Assembly (NCBI GenBank): GCA_963818505.1
Contig: CAWFSJ010000005.1
Span: 141,540-205,539 of the forward strand
Length of the DNA: 64,000 nucleotides
Direction: 5' to 3'
From: an uncultured Actinomycetota bacterium
Lineage (GTDB): Bacteria > Actinomycetota > Actinomycetes > S36-B12 > UBA10799
The notes below the pieces were generated by a model. The model made no database searches, was not told the origin of the DNA, and was given only the letters and a program-made list of their open reading frames with translations. Positions within the stretch are counted from its first letter, which is position 1. Every line of letters starts with the position of its first letter. Below, piece by piece: positions 52,795-63,093 of the stretch. A program made the translations under genes and the position numbers.

Positions 52795-54900
52795 CTAGAA
52801 CCCGTTGAGTTGGTCGACGACCTCGAGCAACTGGCCCTGGTTGTACCAGTTGACCGCGACGAAGTTGGGGATCTGACCGCGCTCATCACGGCACTGGCGC
52901 ACCCGCTCACCGAGGACATCGGCGGCGTTGGCTTTCTGGGCGCTGGTGACAAGGGACGTGAAGCCGCTGAGCCAGTGGTTGACCATGAACAGATCCGGAT
53001 CGGTCGGCCCCCGGTTGGGCTTGCAGTCGAACTCGTCGACAGTCGCGTAGGTGTAGCCGGTGTCAGCGACGAGGTCGAAGCCCTGATGCAGATACGGGTA
53101 CTGCTGTCCCCCTCCTTCGTTCTCCATGAGGACCAGTAGACGTTTGCCGCTGTCGACCATCTCGCCCAGAGTCGGCCAGGGCTGCCCATCTCGGTGGACG
53201 TACGCGAACTGCGTGAGGCCGGCTTGCTCAAGAACGGCTGCCGTGTCAGCGGGAGTGACGGCGTCCTGGATGAACAGCGTGACCACCTCGCGCGGGTTGG
53301 CCCTCATCCACTGATCCAGGCCCAACATCTGAGTCAGAAGGTCGGTGGCGCCCAGTTCGCACAACGTGTGACACATGAACGGCTTCTCCGGCCCGAGGTT
53401 CTTGTCCCTGCGCAACCTTTCGATGGTTCGCTGTTCGGCCAACGTGAGTTCGGAAGCCTGCCCGTCGGTGAACTCCGACTGCGCGCGCGCCAGTGAACGC
53501 GGTGCCGTGACCACACCACCTCCTGTCGACTTCTGCCCATACCAGGTGTCGATCAGGAACACCCGGATGCCGTCGTTCAAGGAATTGACCAGACTCGTCG
53601 GCTGCTCGGCCAGGAACCAGCCCGGCTCATCGGCAGCTGACATCGAGTTGTGGCTGGCCGGGAAGGCGACCTGGTCGAAGGGCCGGTCGCACAACTGCAC
53701 ATGACCGTTGCACGCATCCGGATCACCGCTGGCCGACACCGACTGCTCCTGGGGAAGAGCCGCTGGCAGCGCAAGCACCGCCAGCAGTCCCATGGCACCA
53801 ACACCTGCCACCACGGGGATCAACCAGGCCCACCGCCATGTGTCGGAAGGATCATCTGCCGCCCCTGCCAGCCGCGCACGTTCCGCCACCCGATCCAGTT
53901 CGCCCAGACCGATGAGGAACAGGCCCACTCCGACGATTACTGCCACCACGGCGAGCGCGGTGCTCGGGAAGAACACGAAGCCGGCGCCCAAGGCCACGAG
54001 CGCCAGCCCACGAACGATCGACCATCGCGTACTGCCGGGACGTCGTGTGAGTCGACGCACTATGGCATCGATGCGTTCGTGGACATGGATGTCGGGCAGC
54101 AAGGCGCTTGCGGCGAGGACGACCATCGCCCCGACAACAGCCGTCACCGTCGCACGCAGTCCCAGCGCCCTGCCGAACACGTCGGCGGCCGAGGTCAGCA
54201 GCGCCGAAGTCAATTCACCTGGATCATAGATACGACTCGCGACCCAGGCCACCAGCGCCAACGCCCCCAGCGTCAGACCCACCGCGACCAGCGACCACCC
54301 GATCCGCAGCAAAGCGATACGACGATCGGGGGCAAGCAGCAGACCGAGCACCCATACGGCCACGGCCAAGACCGGCAGCACCAGGGCCAGGGCCGTGATG
54401 GTCTGGAACACGGGAATGATCTGGGCCGCCACTCCGCCTTGGCCACCCACCTCGGCCAGTGTCACGTCGAGGTTGTCGGGGATCTTCTGCGCAAGATCGG
54501 GCGAGAAGGCCCCCAGCAGCGACACCGCGGATGAGCCGAGATCTGCGATCGTCAGCACGGCGGAATCGGAGCCCTCCTGCGTCAGCGCGCTGTGGAAGGA
54601 TGCCACCGCCTTGGTGAACACCGGCGTGAATGCGCTGCTTCCGACAGCCAGTGCCGCAGCTCCCTGCAAAGCCGGCTGAACCGCGACGAGGTCGGGGTCG
54701 GCGTCGATCACGACACCCGTGATCTGGTCACCGAGGGCTTGGGCAAGGACTGGGTCCTGACGCATCTGATCGGCCCGCTGCGCGAAACGTTCCCCGTTGA
54801 CGATGTTCGCGTTCAGGAAGCCGGCCAGGCTGGCGACGAGGAACAGTACCGAACCCAACATCAGGGCAACCGTCGACCACCGCCCACTGGTTCGCATCAT
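52795..54900 (-). CDS. Polytopic membrane protein with a C-terminal PI-PLC-like (PLC-like phosphodiesterase) domain
   Basis: The N-terminal roughly 380 aa contain multiple TM segments. The C-terminal part, LCDRPFDQVAFPASHNSMSA...GIRVFLIDTWYG, resembles the PI-PLC-C1 family. Confidence 0.65.
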   Translation of the reverse strand: MMRTSGRWSTVALMLGSVLFLVASLAGFLNANIVNGERFAQRADQMRQDPVLAQALGDQITGVVIDADPDLVAVQPALQGAAALAVGSSAFTPVFTKAVASFHSALTQEGSDSAVLTIADLGSSAVSLLGAFSPDLAQKIPDNLDVTLAEVGGQGGVAAQIIPVFQTITALALVLPVLAVAVWVLGLLLAPDRRIALLRIGWSLVAVGLTLGALALVAWVASRIYDPGELTSALLTSAADVFGRALGLRATVTAVVGAMVVLAASALLPDIHVHERIDAIVRRLTRRPGSTRWSIVRGLALVALGAGFVFFPSTALAVVAVIVGVGLFLIGLGELDRVAERARLAGAADDPSDTWRWAWLIPVVAGVGAMGLLAVLALPAALPQEQSVSASGDPDACNGHVQLCDRPFDQVAFPASHNSMSAADEPGWFLAEQPTSLVNSLNDGIRVFLIDTWYGQKSTGGGVVTAPRSLARAQSEFTDGQASELTLAEQRTIERLRRDKNLGPEKPFMCHTLCELGATDLLTQMLGLDQWMRANPREVVTLFIQDAVTPADTAAVLEQAGLTQFAYVHRDGQPWPTLGEMVDSGKRLLVLMENEGGGQQYPYLHQGFDLVADTGYTYATVDEFDCKPNRGPTDPDLFMVNHWLSGFTSLVTSAQKANAADVLGERVRQCRDERGQIPNFVAVNWYNQGQLLEVVDQLNGF

Positions 54901-55029
54901 CGCCTCCGGGCACTCACAATAGGGCGAAACGCACGCACTCGCGCCAGATGCATTCTGCCTTTAGGTCACCCTTAGTAATTACGCGACTTCAGGTAGCGAC
55001 AATGTGATCACTGCCGCCAGACTGGAGCG

Positions 55030-57426
55030 GTGGCCAACTCGGTCAGACGCAGTGGTGCGCCATCGGTATGGAAGCTGGCCATACCCGTGGCGCTGGTCGC
55101 CATGCTCGGCTTGGCCCTCACCGTGGGCATGGTGCAGTACATGCGCCACCAGGTCCGTGCCGCGACTGACTCTGTGGTAGCGAACTCGGTCAGCCGCACG
55201 GCTGAGAATGCGGGCCAGTCGCTCGGGGGACTTGACGGATCTCTGGGTTCGGTGGCCGGGCTGTTCACGATTCAGTCCGACGTGACTAGCGAGCAGTTCG
55301 AGGCCTTCGTTGATCGCACATTCGGCGATCGCGCCGACCTTCAGGCGGTTGAGTACGCCAACCTGGTCAGTGATGACGAACGCGCGGACTTCGAGCGCGG
55401 CCTTCGCAAGGCGGGCTTTGAGGCAGGGATCACCGATCCCACCCCCGATGGCCTCGTGTCAGCGTCGGTGCGCCCCCAGTACCTGCCGATCAAGTACGTG
55501 GCTCCGCGCGAGGGCAACGAGAGTGCACTGGGTCTTGACGTGTTGTACCGGCCCAACACCTCAGAGACGGTACGTCTGGCTCGCGATACAGGTACCACCC
55601 AATTGGCAGGACTGACCCGGATCGTGCAGGGTGACACCCCCGCGCTGTTGATGTACGAACCCCTCTTCTCCCGTGGTGTGGCACCGGCAACCGTGGCGCA
55701 ACGGCGCAGCGACTGGACCGGCATGGCGATCGGGGTCCTGCGGATCCGGGAGTGGATGGATGCGGCGGCCAGCAGCACGGATCCGGCGCTGACCACCTTG
55801 GCCCTTGTCGACCGGCGGGGCCAGCAACAGGAGTTGCTGTGGACCACCGATCCGACGGTGGCGACCGAGACCGTGCAGGACTGGTCCACGACGGCGTCCG
55901 TGCCGCTGGCCGAGGGGCAGGAACTGCGCCTGGTCGGAGCGCCCACCGCGCAGCTGATCGCGCAGCAGTCGTCATGGCGACCGTGGGCCACTGCAGCCGC
56001 TGGCCTGCTGGGCACCGTCTTGTTGTCGGTCCTCCTGTGGAAGTGGCTTGACGCTCGGCACATCCGTCGCACGGCCGACGATCTGCAGCAGGCCACGAAC
56101 CGGTTGCGCTTCCTGGCCGAACGCGACCCCCTCACCGGGCTGCCCCACCGCGACGGGCTGCGCAGCTGGCTCGACGACTGGGGCCGGCGCAACCCCGACC
56201 GATCGCTGGCTGTGATGTTCATAGACCTCGACGGCTTCAAGGAGGTCAATACCACTTGGGGCCATCCCACAGGGGACCTGGTGCTACGCCAGATCGGCCA
56301 ACGACTGCTCGTGCTCGCCGGTGACCCCGACTCCACAGTGGCCCGCCTGGGAGGCGACGAATTCGTCGTCACCCGCGCCTTGGACCGCGGTTCGATCACC
56401 GGGCTGGCCACGATGGTGCAGACGCTGATCAGCGAACCGATCGCCATCGGCGACCGCGATGTGCAACTGACGAGTTCGATCGGGATCGCCGTACGACCTG
56501 AGGATGGCGTGAACCTGGACACCTTGCTCACGAACGCCGACATCGCCGTGCGTGCGGCCAAACAGCGCCCCTCGGATGCCGTCGTCCGGTTCGACCCGAT
56601 CATGGCCGCGGAGGGAGCCGCTCACCGCCAGTTGGCCCGGGCCCTTCGCATGGCCATGCGACATCCCGACCGTCACTTCTTCCTCGAGTACCAGCCCCAA
56701 ATCGACATGCGCACCGGCCAGCTGGTCGGGGCCGAGGCACTTGTGCGTTGGAGGGACCACACCGGAAGGTTGATCTCGCCCCTGGAGTTCATCCCCTTGG
56801 CACGCGAGCAGGGTTTGATGCACGGCTTGGGCAGGTGGGTCCTCGACCGCTCCTGCCAGGTCGTGGCCGAATGGCGCCGGACCTGCCCTGCGCTACTGGC
56901 CGTCAACGTGGACACCCAGCAACTCAATGACGATTTCGCATCGGTGGTGTCCTCGATCCTGACCGACCGCGGGATCGGCGCCGATGCAGTCATGATCGAG
57001 GTGACCGAAGGCGCGGCCATGCACGAGGGCGCCCAGCGCGAGATGGACCGGATCCGCGGGCTGGGGGTGGCCATCGCCATAGACGACTTCGGTACCGGCT
57101 TCTCGTCGTTGTCCCGCCTGGCCGATCTGCCCGCCCAGCAGATCAAGATCGACCGCGCCTTCGTCGCCGGACTCGGGATCTCCTCGGAATCTCTGGAGAT
57201 CGTGCGCACCATCGTGGCTCTTGCCCGCGCACTGGGCATGGAGACCCTGGCCGAGGGCGTCGAGACGCCACGGCAGGCCCAGATCCTGTTGGCCGAGGGG
57301 GTGTTCACCGCGCAGGGGTACCTGTTCTCCCGGCCCGTGAGCGCCCACGTGTGCCACGCGCTGTGGGAAACCGGCGTTCCGGTCCCTGAGTCGTTGAAGT
57401 CCCGCGTTGGCGGGCCGCCACAGTAG
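55030..57426 (+). CDS. Membrane CHASE-GGDEF-EAL protein (candidate bifunctional c-di-GMP cyclase/phosphodiesterase)
   Basis: TM helix, then a CHASE-like periplasmic domain (VEYANLV...YLPIKYVAPREGNESALGLD), a second TM helix, RLGGDEFVV, EALVRW, DDFGTGFSS and EGVET. Confidence 0.85.
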   Translation: MANSVRRSGAPSVWKLAIPVALVAMLGLALTVGMVQYMRHQVRAATDSVVANSVSRTAENAGQSLGGLDGSLGSVAGLFTIQSDVTSEQFEAFVDRTFGDRADLQAVEYANLVSDDERADFERGLRKAGFEAGITDPTPDGLVSASVRPQYLPIKYVAPREGNESALGLDVLYRPNTSETVRLARDTGTTQLAGLTRIVQGDTPALLMYEPLFSRGVAPATVAQRRSDWTGMAIGVLRIREWMDAAASSTDPALTTLALVDRRGQQQELLWTTDPTVATETVQDWSTTASVPLAEGQELRLVGAPTAQLIAQQSSWRPWATAAAGLLGTVLLSVLLWKWLDARHIRRTADDLQQATNRLRFLAERDPLTGLPHRDGLRSWLDDWGRRNPDRSLAVMFIDLDGFKEVNTTWGHPTGDLVLRQIGQRLLVLAGDPDSTVARLGGDEFVVTRALDRGSITGLATMVQTLISEPIAIGDRDVQLTSSIGIAVRPEDGVNLDTLLTNADIAVRAAKQRPSDAVVRFDPIMAAEGAAHRQLARALRMAMRHPDRHFFLEYQPQIDMRTGQLVGAEALVRWRDHTGRLISPLEFIPLAREQGLMHGLGRWVLDRSCQVVAEWRRTCPALLAVNVDTQQLNDDFASVVSSILTDRGIGADAVMIEVTEGAAMHEGAQREMDRIRGLGVAIAIDDFGTGFSSLSRLADLPAQQIKIDRAFVAGLGISSESLEIVRTIVALARALGMETLAEGVETPRQAQILLAEGVFTAQGYLFSRPVSAHVCHALWETGVPVPESLKSRVGGPPQ

Positions 57427-57455
57427 TTGAGACGCCGGCAGCCCCGACCCACCCC

Positions 57456-57488
57456 GCCAAACCCGCCGCGAATTGGGCCCGGTTTGGC
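57456..57488 (+). terminator. Possible hairpin terminator after the GGDEF-EAL gene
   Basis: GCCAAACC (57456-57463) pairs with GGTTTGGC (57481-57488). No U-tract. Confidence 0.35.
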
Positions 57489-57541
57489 CTGTCCGACCCA
57501 CCTGCGACACTGGGTGTATCCCCTAATACAAGGAATCCCTT

Positions 57542-59386
57542 ATGGCCCTGCGCAGCGACCTGCGGAATGTTGCGATCATCGCCCACGTGGACCACGGCAA
57601 GACCACTCTGGTCGATGCCATGCTCTGGCAGTCCGGCGCCTTCCGCGAGAACGCCGACATCGCCGATCGGGTCATGGACTCGATGGACCTCGAACGCGAG
57701 AAGGGCATCACGATCCTGGCCAAGCAGACCGCGGTCAGACACGGCGGTGTGACGATCAACATCATCGACACCCCCGGCCACGCCGACTTCGGTGGCGAGG
57801 TGGAGCGCGGCCTCGAGATGGTGGACGGTGTTCTGCTGCTCGTCGACGCCTCCGAGGGCCCGCTGCCCCAGACCCGCTTCGTGCTGCGCAAAGCCCTGGC
57901 CAAACAACTGCCGGTCGTGCTCGTGGTGAACAAGGTGGACCGTCCAGACGCGCGCATCGCCGAGGTCGTCGACGAGGTGTACGAGCTGTTCTTCGATCTC
58001 GACGCCACTGAGGAGCAGATCGACTTCCCGGTGATCTACGCCAGCGCCAAAGCCGGGCGCGCAAGTCTCGAGCGACCGGCGGACGGCGAAATGCCCGACT
58101 CACCGGATCTGGAGCCGCTGTTCAGCACGCTCGTCGAAACCGTTCCGGCCCCCGAGTACGACCCCGATGGTCCGCTGCAGGCACACGTGACGAACCTCGA
58201 CGCCTCGGTGTACCTGGGACGTTTGGCCATCTGCAGGATCCGGGCCGGTGAGATCCGCAAGGGCCAGCAGGTGATCTGGTGCCGGGCCGACGGAACCCAG
58301 ACGAGCGCCAAGGTCAGCGACCTGCTCATGACTGATGCCCTCGAGCGGGTGCCGGTGGACCAAGCAGGCCCCGGCGACATCATCGCAGTGGCAGGCATCC
58401 CGGAGATCACCATCGGTGAGACGCTGACCGACCCCAACGACCCGCGACCGCTGCCTGTGATCACCGTCGACGAGCCCAGCATCTCGGTCACGATCGGCAC
58501 CAACACCTCACCTCTGGCCGGATCCCACGGCAGCAAGATGACCGCGCGTTTGATCAAGAACCGCCTGGACTCCGAGCTGGTCGGCAACGTGTCCCTTCGC
58601 GTGGCCGACACCGCCCGTCCGGACGCCTGGGAGGTCCAGGGCCGAGGCGAGCTGCAGTTGGCAGTCCTGGTGGAGATGATGCGACGCGAGGGCTTCGAGC
58701 TCACCGTGGGCAAGCCCCTGGTCGTCACCAAAGACATCGATGGAACGCTGCACGAGCCGATGGAGAACGTGACCATCGATATTCCCGAGGATTACGTGGG
58801 CGTCATCTCACAACTGATGGGACTTCGCCGTGGCCGCATGGAGGACATGACCAACCACGGCACGGGCTGGGTTCGCATGGAGTACCGGGTCCCCGCGCGA
58901 GCGCTGATCGGCTTCCGCACCGAGTTCCTGACCGAGACCCGCGGTACTGGGCTGATGCACCACGTCTTCGGCGGCTACGAGCCGTGGCAGGGCGATCTGC
59001 GCACCCGTCCCACGGGCTCGCTGGTCGCCGACCGCCGCGGCTCGGTCACCAGCTTCGCCTGCTTCAACCTGCAGGAGCGCGGGACGCTGTTCGTGGAGCC
59101 CGGGGCTGACGTGTACGAGGGCATGATCGTGGGCGAGAACGCACGCTCCGACGACATGGACGTCAACCCGACCAAGGAGAAGAAGCTGACCAACATCCGC
59201 TCGTCCACCGGCGAGGAGTTGGAACGCTTGATCCCGGCGAAGGTGCTCTCCTTGGAGCAGGCCCTGGAGTTCTGCCGCCAGGACGAGTGCGTCGAGGTGA
59301 CCCCACAGACAGTGCGACTGCGCAAGGTGGAGCTGAACGCTTCCCTGCGAGCCCGCGAGACCTCGCGGCGCAAGGCACGTGGCTGA
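57542..59386 (+). CDS. typA: Translational GTPase TypA/BipA
   Basis: [18 protein letters not shown]...[14 protein letters not shown]...NKVD. 614 aa. Confidence 0.95.
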   Translation: MALRSDLRNVAIIAHVDHGKTTLVDAMLWQSGAFRENADIADRVMDSMDLEREKGITILAKQTAVRHGGVTINIIDTPGHADFGGEVERGLEMVDGVLLLVDASEGPLPQTRFVLRKALAKQLPVVLVVNKVDRPDARIAEVVDEVYELFFDLDATEEQIDFPVIYASAKAGRASLERPADGEMPDSPDLEPLFSTLVETVPAPEYDPDGPLQAHVTNLDASVYLGRLAICRIRAGEIRKGQQVIWCRADGTQTSAKVSDLLMTDALERVPVDQAGPGDIIAVAGIPEITIGETLTDPNDPRPLPVITVDEPSISVTIGTNTSPLAGSHGSKMTARLIKNRLDSELVGNVSLRVADTARPDAWEVQGRGELQLAVLVEMMRREGFELTVGKPLVVTKDIDGTLHEPMENVTIDIPEDYVGVISQLMGLRRGRMEDMTNHGTGWVRMEYRVPARALIGFRTEFLTETRGTGLMHHVFGGYEPWQGDLRTRPTGSLVADRRGSVTSFACFNLQERGTLFVEPGADVYEGMIVGENARSDDMDVNPTKEKKLTNIRSSTGEELERLIPAKVLSLEQALEFCRQDECVEVTPQTVRLRKVELNASLRARETSRRKARG

Positions 59387-59474
59387 GGGTCCGCCCTTGG
59401 CCGCACAGCAGGTTGACCGGAACAGTCCGGCCTGCCCCACCGGCTCGGGCATCGGCGCCAACTAGCCTGGTGGC

Positions 59475-60737
59475 ATGAGCGACGACGCCCCCTCAGCAGG
59501 CTGGTACCCCAACCCCGACGGGACCGGCGGGCTGCGCTGGTGGAGCGGTGTGGGTTGGACTGAGTACACCCGGACCGGCGAGCCGGCCACGGCGGCCGAA
59601 CCCGTCGGCGAGCCCACCACGGCGCTGCCCGAGCCAGCACATACGGAAGCCTTCGACACCAACCCCTGGGGCCAGCCCATCGCGCCGGTCGCACCGACCA
59701 CCGCTCTCGGCGGGTATGCGGCCTACTCTCCCCCTCCGGTGGCTGCGCTGACCCCGAGCCGGATGCGTCCGCTGTCCGCGATGTTCTCCGACATCGGTCG
59801 CATCACCCGGCGTGCGTGGCTGCCGATCCTGACGATCTCGCTGATCATCTGGACGGTGGTGGGTGCGGTCATCGGCGCGGTTCTGTTCGCCGTGGTCGAC
59901 GTCGGGGCCCTGCGCCGTGGCCTGGATGCCGTGGGCTCGGCGCTTGAGGCCTCCCCCGACGGCTCCTTCTCGGACGCGCAGTCCGACGCGATCATCAACT
60001 CCTTCGGCGATGCGTTCAGTGGCCTCACACCGATCGGCTGGGTGATGCTGGGGGTCGGGGTCACGGTCCTGAGCATCTTCGCGGCCACCGTTCAGGTTGC
60101 CGCCGTGAGCCGTCTGTCAATGGACGCGACGACGGCCGGACGCGTGTCCTGGGGTGCGGGGTGGAAGTCCGGCTTCGTCGGCGGATTGCGGCTCTTCGGC
60201 TACTACCTCCTGCTGATGATCGTGACGAGCATCGCCATTGTGGCTGTCACCTTGCTGATCGCGCTCGCAGCCCAGGTCGCGCCGGCGCTGGCCGTGGCTT
60301 TGGGCATCCTCACCTTCCTCGCCACTATTGGGCTGTCCTTCTGGCTGACCGGACGGCTGATGCCGACTGTGGTTCAGGCGGTTCTCGGCCGACATGCATT
60401 GCGGTGGTCCTGGCAGGCCACCCGCGGCAAGGCTCTGGCCGTGCTCGGCCGCTACCTGCTGTGGGCCTTCGCCGCTTCCATCATCGTCAACATCGTGGTC
60501 TCGATCGTCGGCATTCCCGTGGGCCTGATCTTCCTCGGCGAGAGCGCCTCGGGGACCGGCGCGGACGCCCTCGGATCGGCGCTGGCGCTCAATCTGATCA
60601 TGGCCCCGTTCAGCATGGCCCTGAGCGCCATCACGTTGATAGGGGTCGTGCCGATCTGGCGCGACCTTTCGGAGGACCCGGTGTACCGGTCCATCGACGA
60701 GAACGGCAACCCCATACCTGCCCCACCCGTCAGCTGA
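59475..60737 (+). CDS. DUF2510-domain polytopic membrane protein
   Basis: The N-terminal AGWYPNPDGTGGLRWWSGVGWT is DUF2510. A Pro-rich linker and about 6 TM segments follow. Confidence 0.7.
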   Translation: MSDDAPSAGWYPNPDGTGGLRWWSGVGWTEYTRTGEPATAAEPVGEPTTALPEPAHTEAFDTNPWGQPIAPVAPTTALGGYAAYSPPPVAALTPSRMRPLSAMFSDIGRITRRAWLPILTISLIIWTVVGAVIGAVLFAVVDVGALRRGLDAVGSALEASPDGSFSDAQSDAIINSFGDAFSGLTPIGWVMLGVGVTVLSIFAATVQVAAVSRLSMDATTAGRVSWGAGWKSGFVGGLRLFGYYLLLMIVTSIAIVAVTLLIALAAQVAPALAVALGILTFLATIGLSFWLTGRLMPTVVQAVLGRHALRWSWQATRGKALAVLGRYLLWAFAASIIVNIVVSIVGIPVGLIFLGESASGTGADALGSALALNLIMAPFSMALSAITLIGVVPIWRDLSEDPVYRSIDENGNPIPAPPVS

Positions 60738-60775
60738 TCTGTACTGGCGCCGGGATCGGGGCTACCGTCGTTCCC

Positions 60776-61159
60776 ATGGCCAGGCCTGTGCACTTCGAGA
60801 TCCACGCCAGCAACCCCGACGCCGTCCGAGCCTTCTATGAGAACGTGTTCGGCTGGACTTTCCAGAAGTGGGGTGAGGTCGACTACTGGGTGATCACCAC
60901 CGGCGACGAGGCGATGGGGATCAACGGTGGGCTCACGACCAGACAAGGCCCACCACCCACCGACGGATCGGCTGTGAATGCGTTCGTCAACGTCATCGGG
61001 GTGGACAACGCCCAGCGTGTTTTCGACGAAGCCCTCGCGGCAGGTGCAACCGTGGCACTTCCCGTGGAGAAGATGCCCGGGGTGGGCACGATGGGCTACC
61101 TCAAGGATCCGGATGGCAATCTGTTCGGCATCATCGAACCCGAGCCTGGCAGCGGCTGA
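60776..61159 (+). CDS. VOC (glyoxalase/bleomycin-resistance) family protein
   Basis: VHFEIHASNPDAVRAFYENVFGW...GYLKDPDGNLFGI. Confidence 0.8.
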   Translation: MARPVHFEIHASNPDAVRAFYENVFGWTFQKWGEVDYWVITTGDEAMGINGGLTTRQGPPPTDGSAVNAFVNVIGVDNAQRVFDEALAAGATVALPVEKMPGVGTMGYLKDPDGNLFGIIEPEPGSG

Positions 61160-61171
61160 TCCTCGTTGCCG

Positions 61172-62809
61172 TCAGTGAGCGGGCAACGAACCGGTGGTCG
61201 CACTGGTGGTCAAAGCGTCACGCTCGACCTCGCGTCGTGCGAGCAGAGCCGCCACCTTGTCGACGTCAACCTCCGAGCCCAATACCCGAGCGAGGACCGG
61301 CGCCAGATCGGCCCTGTAGTCGTGGCCCACGGAATGGAACACACCGGACTGCTGCTGGGCGGCGAAGACGAGGTCGAAAATCACCTGCCACCACGTGAGA
61401 ACCGGCATCCATGCCATGTCGTCGGGAACGTTGCGGCCCCGGACCCCTTTGAGCCAATAGGGATCGCGCCATGACAGCTCACCGTCCCAGCGGGTCACCG
61501 GATCGGCGTCGTGATCGATGAACCACAACTGCGCGCTTTCGTCGCCTTTCATCTGCGCCCATCGGTCCAAGTGCACGACGTCGGGGCTGTGCAGCAGATC
61601 GTTGCGCAAGGACGGCCCGCCCGGGGTCCCCACACTGACTAACGCATCGATGCCGTCGACGCGGCCCTGTTCATCGACCCTCGCCGGGCTCAATTGCAGC
61701 GCCTCCTGTGCCACGCGTGCACCCAGGCTCTCTCCGTACATCAGGATCCGTGGCGCCGACGAGCGCCCAGCCAACCGATCCAGGATGCCGTCGAGCAGCA
61801 GGCGCACGGTCTTCGCGCCCAGTCCAACTCGGGGCAGTGACAGCATCGAGGGCAGCACGCCGTACTGCACCACGACGCTTGCGCAGTCGCCCTGCGTGAA
61901 GCATTCGATCGCTTCAGCAGCGACGTAGTCGGCGTATCCGGAGCCGGCCGGACTCATGATCAGCAAGGTTCCTCGGTCAAAACCACCGAGACGTTCGAGG
62001 TCGTCCAGCGCAAGTTCCACGCGTTCCTCGACGGTGTCGGCGCTGTGCAGTCCGGCGTACACGCGGATGGGCTCGATCGCCTCGCCGTCCACGCTGCGAA
62101 TCTGCTCGGCCGGCGTGCGCAGGCTGACGAACCGGCGGCCGTCACGTGCCAGGGTGTCGTAGGGGATCCCCGACGAAGGACCTCCGGAGACGTGATCGTT
62201 GGGCGGGGCATCGACCAGAGCCGGATCCGCCCGGGTCCCTACCTTGCGCAGGAGACGAAGGGCCACGGAGGCCCCCACAGCGCCGACTCCCGCCACCAAG
62301 GCGGTCGCGGACAGACCCACGGCCGATGACCACAAACCCGCCGATCCACCGCGCTTACCAGCCAAGGCGCCCCCCGCAGATCCCAGGGCTGAACCGACCA
62401 ACACTGGGGCCTGCGCCAGCGCAAACCCTGCCAGCGATCCTGCAGCGACCGCGACCGGGGCGTTCTGTGGGCGCGGTTCCCACTGTGGGTACGCTCCACG
62501 CTGCGCCTTGACGTGTTTGACTGCCCGCGCAATGGCCACGGCGGATCCCGCGGCGCTCAGCCACATGGCAGCGGGCGGCTTCAGACGCCTGCCAGGCAAC
62601 GTGGCCAGTCCCATGGTGGCCACACACGTGCCTGTCACCAGGACCTGATGCTGGGTGGTCCGCGGAACCAAAGTCGGTCGAAGCGATTCCACCGCACCCA
62701 GCGCCATCGCCGCGATCTGTACCGTCGTCACCTGAACATTCTCTCTGGGGATACCCAATAGTTGCCTCCTCGGGGCGAGCGCGTCAGGCTCAACAGGTGA
62801 ACGAAACAC
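61172..62809 (-). CDS. Membrane-associated alpha/beta-hydrolase (Abhydrolase_9 family)
   Basis: SLRPTLVPRTTQHQ N-terminal motif, TM segments and GESLGA. The start is uncertain: the longest ORF overlaps the divergent gene at 62797, and GTG/ATG codons at 62737-62707 are alternatives. Confidence 0.65.
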   Translation of the reverse strand: MFRSPVEPDALAPRRQLLGIPRENVQVTTVQIAAMALGAVESLRPTLVPRTTQHQVLVTGTCVATMGLATLPGRRLKPPAAMWLSAAGSAVAIARAVKHVKAQRGAYPQWEPRPQNAPVAVAAGSLAGFALAQAPVLVGSALGSAGGALAGKRGGSAGLWSSAVGLSATALVAGVGAVGASVALRLLRKVGTRADPALVDAPPNDHVSGGPSSGIPYDTLARDGRRFVSLRTPAEQIRSVDGEAIEPIRVYAGLHSADTVEERVELALDDLERLGGFDRGTLLIMSPAGSGYADYVAAEAIECFTQGDCASVVVQYGVLPSMLSLPRVGLGAKTVRLLLDGILDRLAGRSSAPRILMYGESLGARVAQEALQLSPARVDEQGRVDGIDALVSVGTPGGPSLRNDLLHSPDVVHLDRWAQMKGDESAQLWFIDHDADPVTRWDGELSWRDPYWLKGVRGRNVPDDMAWMPVLTWWQVIFDLVFAAQQQSGVFHSVGHDYRADLAPVLARVLGSEVDVDKVAALLARREVERDALTTSATTGSLPAH

Positions 62810-63093
62810 TGTCCCAGGCGCAAGTGACCGCAGAGTTGGGCAACCTGCCGGGCTGGACCGGGTCGACCGCCTCGCTTGGAAGAAGCATCGAGTTCGCCGA
62901 CTTCCCCACGGCCATCCGTGCAGTGGTGGCAGTGGCCGAGGTGGCAGAGGAACTGGATCACCACCCCGACATGGACATCAGGTGGCGCACCGTGGTGTTC
63001 ACGTTGTCCACCCACTCCGCCGGCGGGGTCACCGGCCTCGATGTCCAACTGGCCCACCGCATCAGCGACATTGCGGCATCCTTGGGCTCATGA
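62797..63093 (+). CDS. 4a-hydroxytetrahydrobiopterin (pterin-4a-carbinolamine) dehydratase
   Basis: GW...FADFPTAIRAVVAVAEVAEELDHHPDMDIRWRTVVFTLSTHSAGGVT. GTG start. Confidence 0.85.
   Translation: MNETLSQAQVTAELGNLPGWTGSTASLGRSIEFADFPTAIRAVVAVAEVAEELDHHPDMDIRWRTVVFTLSTHSAGGVTGLDVQLAHRISDIAASLGS

Noticed and set aside
51181-53139. 652-aa ORF on the plus strand.
   Set aside because: It is entirely antisense to the well-supported GH13 glucosidase and the 3' part of the PLC-like gene. It is Arg/Gly/Val/Pro-rich with no recognisable motif, which is the typical high-GC shadow ORF.
55341-56603. 420-aa ORF on the minus strand.
   Set aside because: It is antisense to the CHASE-GGDEF-EAL gene. It is Ser/Arg/Ala-rich with no recognisable domain.
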